10,547 nt of DNA, from IMG/VR virus record IMGVR_UViG_3300035501_000580; one strand, 5' to 3'. The stretch comes from a virus. Lineage: Duplodnaviria > Heunggongvirae > Uroviricota > Caudoviricetes. Below are positions 6,554-10,547 of this stretch, piece after piece (the stretch's first letter is position 1; the number at the start of each line of letters is the position of its first letter). The notes beneath the pieces were generated by a model. The model ran no database searches. It saw nothing but the letters and a program-made list of their open reading frames with translations, and was not told the origin of the DNA. Both the position numbers and the translations under genes were made by a program.

Positions 6554-7026
6554 TCTTCCGGTTTTTGATGTCGTTCCATTGCAGATAATAAAACTTGGTA
6601 GGATTGGAATAGTGGAGTTGACCGTGCGATTTCTTTCGTCTGGAAATAATTACATATCATCCATCGAGTTTGGTCTTTAGTAGTGTCCATCTCAGTGTCC
6701 TCCCGAATCGTTCCAACCTCATCAATGTAGTAGTAAGTGTCCCCTTCGTCACCTCGCCACCTCAGAGGAATCTTGTCTGACCATTTTGACCAATCCTGTT
6801 GTCTCTTGTTAGGAAATATCATCAGCTCACTATTAGGAAAATCAACAGGTCGACCAAATTCATCAAAGACAACCTCATCTCCATCTAAGACCTTGAACTG
6901 AAGCCGGCGGTACTCTAAAAAACTCTGGAAGTACATATCACCATAAAGAGGACTCCAAAACAACGTAGGAAACCACCGGAGTTCATCTCGGCTATGTAAA
7001 GTGTCGAATAGATTGAATTTACTCAT
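6550..7026 (-). CDS. Paralog family member with modules B+C only (158 aa)
   Basis: LFWSPLYG...FDEFG...MIFPNKRQQDWSKW; WRG...YYYIDEVG...CNYFQTKEIA; module A is absent. Confidence 0.9.
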   Translation of the reverse strand: MSKFNLFDTLHSRDELRWFPTLFWSPLYGDMYFQSFLEYRRLQFKVLDGDEVVFDEFGRPVDFPNSELMIFPNKRQQDWSKWSDKIPLRWRGDEGDTYYYIDEVGTIREDTEMDTTKDQTRWMICNYFQTKEIARSTPLFQSYQVLLSAMERHQKPEE

Positions 7027-7321
7027 GTTTTAGTCGATTATAGGTCTGGTAACTTTCTTCAAAAAACGGATCACTGAAGTCCGGAAAGAAAGCATCCATG
7101 ATTAACTTGGTTTCTACACTTGGTTCAGGGCTACGGTAATCAGGACAAATATAATTGCAGATTAACTGAGCGAACCTTTGACTTGGGTATTCTTCAATTA
7201 ATGTCTTGATTTCGTCGGCTCGGTTTTGAATCACACTGTTGGATTTGATTAGCTCATAAATCTGATAGTTGTAATTCTGCCTTTGACCGACACCAAGAGG
7301 TACATTGGTCACTATACTCAT
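7019..7321 (-). CDS. Hypothetical phage protein (EYPSQRFAQLICN...DPFFEES), 100 aa
   Basis: Overlaps both neighbours (ATGA with 7318-7950); unrelated to the flanking family. Confidence 0.85.
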   Translation of the reverse strand: MSIVTNVPLGVGQRQNYNYQIYELIKSNSVIQNRADEIKTLIEEYPSQRFAQLICNYICPDYRSPEPSVETKLIMDAFFPDFSDPFFEESYQTYNRLKHE

Positions 7322-7950
7322 TGTTCCGTATTTAATAGTTTATACAATTCACTATCTTCTGCGAATTCTCTCGTGCGAAAATAGTTGTGAATAACATATC
7401 TCTGTCGGTCTTGGTAACTGTCACAATCTCGAACATAAACAATATCACCAATATCATTCACATAGTAGTAAGATTGATTTATCTCAGCACGCCAACCTGT
7501 AGGGATGTTTTTCAGTTTTGTCCAATCTCTCTGGTACGCATCTGGAAACAGGAGACATTCACCAGCGGGACTTCCGTCGAGTCTTCCAAACCTGTCGAAT
7601 ATGTGAGCTCGGATATCTATTTCGGAATCTACCTCCCAAACCAAAATCTCACCAGTGTCCATTACATTCTTTAGTTCCACAAATCCATAAGCTGGTGAAT
7701 ACAAGATTGTCCCTTCTTTGAAATATCTCAGGATGTGGTTTATGTCCACCCGGCTTTCTTCAATCAGGAAATCATCATACCATTTGAACCTTCCATCATC
7801 TTCATACATCTGGTAACTTCCATCTGGGTTCACATCACAAACAGTCATGACCTCATCTATGAACTGTTCCATTCCAGATATAATTTTAGCTGATGAATTG
7901 AACTGACCGAGACTCACACGAACTTTATCGTATTTCGTATATTTAGCCAT
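7318..7950 (-). CDS. Three-module paralog family protein, 210 aa
   Basis: YDKVRVS...YEDDGRFKW; GTILYSPAYG...GECLLFP...RDW; WRAE..YYYVNDIG...HNYFRTRE. Confidence 0.92.
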   Translation of the reverse strand: MAKYTKYDKVRVSLGQFNSSAKIISGMEQFIDEVMTVCDVNPDGSYQMYEDDGRFKWYDDFLIEESRVDINHILRYFKEGTILYSPAYGFVELKNVMDTGEILVWEVDSEIDIRAHIFDRFGRLDGSPAGECLLFPDAYQRDWTKLKNIPTGWRAEINQSYYYVNDIGDIVYVRDCDSYQDRQRYVIHNYFRTREFAEDSELYKLLNTEQ

Positions 7951-7952
7951 CT

Positions 7953-8630
7953 TTAACTTTCCCTTTCTCGATAGATACGCCAGAATTTACTTCCTTTCGC
8001 ATCTCGTTCATTAATAAAATAGTTGTGGATTTTATACCTCATGTCATCTACGTCGGTGTGAAAATCCTTGGTCACTTGAATATGTCCAACCTCATCAACA
8101 AAGAAATATGAAAATCCAAAGTCCTTTCTCGGCCACTCATCAACTACTTCCAGTTCTTTCCATGATTTCACATCTTCATTAGGGAAAAGTGAAACGGGAA
8201 CATGAAGTGGAGTGTTGTCATGGTTGGGTTCACAATTAAACTGTCCATATCTGTTGAACTCATAACTCTGCATGTTTTTGAGAACTCGTATGGTCTGAGT
8301 ATCCGGGTTCAACATTTCTACGTAAACTGTGCCAAGAAAATTACACCACAAGTAATCATAGTCCTTGATGTTTCGGTAGATTGTTTGGAAGATATTAACA
8401 GGTTCAAAGCCAGCGAACATCTCATCTCGCCAAACATTTCCACCCCCATCCTCATCAATCAAATAACTGTCATCAATCACATCAGAGATAGTTACAGTCT
8501 GGTCACAAAATTTAACCATGTCAGGAGTGAAAATATAAGCACCACAAGTGACACCTACATTCAGGAATTTCTTAGTGTCATACCAATTTTTTGATTTGAC
8601 CACTACTCTATCACCTACTTTGTAATTCAT
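7953..8630 (-). CDS. Three-module paralog family protein, 225 aa
   Basis: VGDRVVVKSKNWY...FCDQTVTI...DEDGGGNVWRDEMF; LWCNFLG...SLFP...SW; YFFVDEVG...HNYF. Confidence 0.92.
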   Translation of the reverse strand: MNYKVGDRVVVKSKNWYDTKKFLNVGVTCGAYIFTPDMVKFCDQTVTISDVIDDSYLIDEDGGGNVWRDEMFAGFEPVNIFQTIYRNIKDYDYLWCNFLGTVYVEMLNPDTQTIRVLKNMQSYEFNRYGQFNCEPNHDNTPLHVPVSLFPNEDVKSWKELEVVDEWPRKDFGFSYFFVDEVGHIQVTKDFHTDVDDMRYKIHNYFINERDAKGSKFWRIYRERES

Positions 8631-8653
8631 ATCGTTTTCTTTTTACTGATTAG

Positions 8654-8668
8654 ATGATTTGTTTTCGT
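8654..8668 (-). other. Gene-end motif copy ACGA-AAACAAA-TCAT
   Basis: 2 nt after the TAA of 8671-9345; followed by CTAATCAGTA, like the AAATCAGTA after the 2420 and 9466 copies. Confidence 0.6.
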
Positions 8669-8670
8669 AA

Positions 8671-9345
8671 TTAATAGTGAAGTTTATGGTATGCTTGGTA
8701 AATGTCACTACGGAAGGCCTCAGCTCTCGTGAAGAAATAATTGAAAGCCTCATAACGGAGAATGTCACGTTCTGTTGTTTTATCTACTGTTCCTTGTATT
8801 GTTCCGTACTGGTCGATGAAGTAATATTCTGCCTCTTCATATCGCTCACTTCTGTGGAAACCAAGGAAATTCTCCCAAGTGTTTGTTTTTGAGTCTGGGA
8901 ATAAACAAGGCTGAGTTCCAATCACTTTTCCATTGAAGGTGACTTGACCATACTCATTGAATGTTGCTTCTTCTCCATCTGATGTCAGAACAGTGATGGT
9001 TTTGTCCTCATTCACATTTTCCAGTTTTACCTTACCACCATAAAGAGGACAATAGAGAACATAACCTTTCTTAGCATGTTTTAGAATGTCATATATGTTA
9101 GCGGGGAGGAATTCATCTTCCATCATTTCCTCAGTCCATCTATAACATCCACCATCCTCATCAACTGTAAATGTGCCATCTTTAAAGGTTTCTCGAACAG
9201 TGACTATTTGACCACAGTACCGTTGCATGTCCCTGAAAAACGTATTACCATCATCAAAAGAGATATGTCCATTGAATTGTCCATTGTAGAGACTGTCATA
9301 CCACTGAAGGGATTTAACTCTATATTGATTGTTGACTTTTTTCAT
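8671..9345 (-). CDS. Three-module paralog family protein, 224 aa
   Basis: YRVKSLQWY...YCGQIVTV...DEDGG.YRW; LYCPLYG...CLFP...TW; YYFIDQYG...NYFFTRAEA. Confidence 0.92.
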   Translation of the reverse strand: MKKVNNQYRVKSLQWYDSLYNGQFNGHISFDDGNTFFRDMQRYCGQIVTVRETFKDGTFTVDEDGGCYRWTEEMMEDEFLPANIYDILKHAKKGYVLYCPLYGGKVKLENVNEDKTITVLTSDGEEATFNEYGQVTFNGKVIGTQPCLFPDSKTNTWENFLGFHRSERYEEAEYYFIDQYGTIQGTVDKTTERDILRYEAFNYFFTRAEAFRSDIYQAYHKLHY

Positions 9346-9390
9346 TGTTTCTTGTTTTATTGGGTTTAACTTTGTTTTTTATTTACACTA

Positions 9391-9445
9391 CAAAGTTACT
9401 GGTTTTTTCTGACTTCTCCAAATAAAAACAGCTAATTAATGTTAA
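9391..9445 (-). promoter_or_regulatory. Bacteroidetes primary-sigma-type promoter P4
   Basis: TTTG (9422-9419), N20, TAACTTTG (9398-9391); upstream TTAAC-N5-TTAGC. Confidence 0.85.
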
Positions 9446-9465
9446 CAATTTCTGATTACTGATTT

Positions 9466-9480
9466 ACGATTATTTTTCGT
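9466..9480 (-). other. Gene-end motif copy ACGA-AAAATAA-TCGT
   Basis: Contains the last codons and the TAA stop of 9470-10186. Confidence 0.75.
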
Positions 9481-10186
9481 CATCGTCAGAACCAAACAAC
9501 AAATCATCAAAACAACCCGGATGTGATTCCATTGATGTCTGGTATTTTATAATCAAATCCTCATCATTGGGAGCATTGACATGAAATCCCTTGTAAATGT
9601 CTGACTTCCGAGCTTCATCTATAGTGGGAAAATAATTGTGAACCCTCCAACGTGTGAACTCCAATTTCTTTCCCTGTTCAATGTCATGTTTAATATCACC
9701 ATCGGAATCCACATAGTAATAAAAGTCATGTCGCTTCGCTTTCCAAGGTTTATTCGGAATCACAAACTCACTCCAATCCCGGCACTTTTCACTTGGCCAC
9801 AGAATACACTCTCCGGGTATGTTATCTCGCCACCGCCCAGACTTGTCAATTTCAATGATGGTTTGTTTATTCACCACACGAAGACCTATCGTATCCTTAT
9901 GTACATCTACGAGTTCAACATACCCAAAGACCGGAGACCACAAGATTGTCCCTTTCGCATAAGCCAAGATAACACTCAGGTCGAACTCATACAAGTCGAA
10001 CTCACATTCCATCCAGTCATTAACACCCTCATCTTCAACAATAGTATAACCCCAGTCGGTAATTCGTGCGATAGTGACAACCTGACCAATATACTTCTCT
10101 TTCGATTTCAGTATATTGTTATGGTACATCTCAACATACCATTTGTGGGACTTTACTCTAACTTTCTCACCAATGTTAAATTTCAT
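9470..10186 (-). CDS. Three-module paralog family protein with an acidic C-terminal tail, 238 aa
   Basis: IGEKVRVKSHKWY...YIGQVVTI...EDEG..W; GTILWSPVFG...GECILWPS..RDW; WKAK..YYYVDSDG...HNYFPT. Confidence 0.92.
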   Translation of the reverse strand: MKFNIGEKVRVKSHKWYVEMYHNNILKSKEKYIGQVVTIARITDWGYTIVEDEGVNDWMECEFDLYEFDLSVILAYAKGTILWSPVFGYVELVDVHKDTIGLRVVNKQTIIEIDKSGRWRDNIPGECILWPSEKCRDWSEFVIPNKPWKAKRHDFYYYVDSDGDIKHDIEQGKKLEFTRWRVHNYFPTIDEARKSDIYKGFHVNAPNDEDLIIKYQTSMESHPGCFDDLLFGSDDDEK

Positions 10187-10197
10187 GACACTAATTG

Positions 10198-10332
10198 TTA
10201 AAGGTCATAGTCAAAGTCGATTTCTGAGCCAATTTTATCATCAGCGAAACGGTTCAAGATTTCCATTACATCTGAAAGGTCATCTTCACCATACTCATCT
10301 TTCAGAGCATCTTCAAGTCGGATTTTTTTCAT
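10198..10332 (-). CDS. Unlisted 44-aa acidic protein MKKIRLEDALKDEYGEDDLSDVMEILNRFADDKIGSEIDFDYDL
   Basis: Hand-translated; starts 2 nt after the upstream stop (TAATCATG, the same junction as at 1487/1490) and ends 11 nt before the next ATG, filling the gap exactly. Confidence 0.8.
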   Translation of the reverse strand: MKKIRLEDALKDEYGEDDLSDVMEILNRFADDKIGSEIDFDYDL

Positions 10333-10334
10333 GA

Positions 10335-10547
10335 TTACGATTTATTTTCGTTTAGTTCAATTAAAATCTTATTGTCATCATGCGTGTTTCCAAGTACCTC
10401 CCATGTCTCAGGCTCATAACACCCATCATAATCTACTATGTCCAAATATTCCAAATCTTCAAACAACTTAGGATTGTCAGACTTAATAATCATCACAACG
10501 AACTTGAAATCTATAAATTTCACAATACCCCAGACGGTTGCATCATT
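10335..10547 (-). CDS. YopX-family phage protein, 5'-truncated by the window edge
   Basis: The frame is open to position 10547 (NDATVWGIVKFIDF...); C-terminal WEVLGNTHD resembles the YopX 'EV(I/L)GN(I)(Y/H)(E/D)' signature. Confidence 0.7.
   Translation of the reverse strand, partial: NDATVWGIVKFIDFKFVVMIIKSDNPKLFEDLEYLDIVDYDGCYEPETWEVLGNTHDDNKILIELNENKS
10337..10351 (-). other. Gene-end motif copy ACGA-AAATAAA-TCGT
   Basis: Encodes the final ENKS of the YopX-like gene; identical to the 2420 copy. Confidence 0.75.

Larger units (their letters stand above)
9382..9482 (-). repeat. 101-bp dispersed direct repeat, copy 2 (partner at 2336-2436)
   Basis: Ungapped alignment, 85/101 identity. Confidence 0.9.

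Noticed and set aside
403-10334. Plus-strand ORFs in the track (e.g. 403-618, 3724-4068, 4108-4512, 8202-8594, 9638-10201) and alternate-frame minus ORFs (563-754, 1919-2131, 6093-6278)
   Set aside because: They lie largely or wholly over better-supported minus-strand genes that tile with coupled junctions; they have no motifs and no promoters in that direction, so they are shadow ORFs.
1-10547. tRNA/rRNA genes, integrase, transposase
   Set aside because: No cloverleaf or rRNA-like sequence fits in the short intergenic gaps, and no ORF shows recombinase or transposase motifs.

Overview
AT-rich, fully minus-strand, tightly packed cluster of about 22 small or medium genes. It looks like the early/accessory region of a large Bacteroidetes-infecting phage: no structural, replication or RNA genes, no SD motifs, and four textbook Bacteroidetes promoters (TTTG-N20-TAnnTTTG). 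It holds a divergent paralog family built from three modules: A, an SH3/KOW-like 'VGDKVRVKS..WY' module; B, 'L(Y/W)(S/C)P..G...LFP...DW'; and C, 'W.A...YY..D..G...NYF'. Five copies are full-length, one has A only and one has B+C only. Also present are a five-repeat DUF723-like zinc-finger-type protein with no nuclease domain, an ASCH protein, a partial YopX-family gene, a second paralog pair and an unannotated 44-aa acidic ORF. The most unusual non-coding signals are a 15-bp palindromic-ended motif (ACGA-N7-TCGT) at gene 3' ends regardless of reading frame, a 101-bp direct repeat 7046 bp apart that links this motif to a promoter, and a 20-bp perfect inverted repeat that overlaps a promoter. 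All family assignments are by eye, without database searches.
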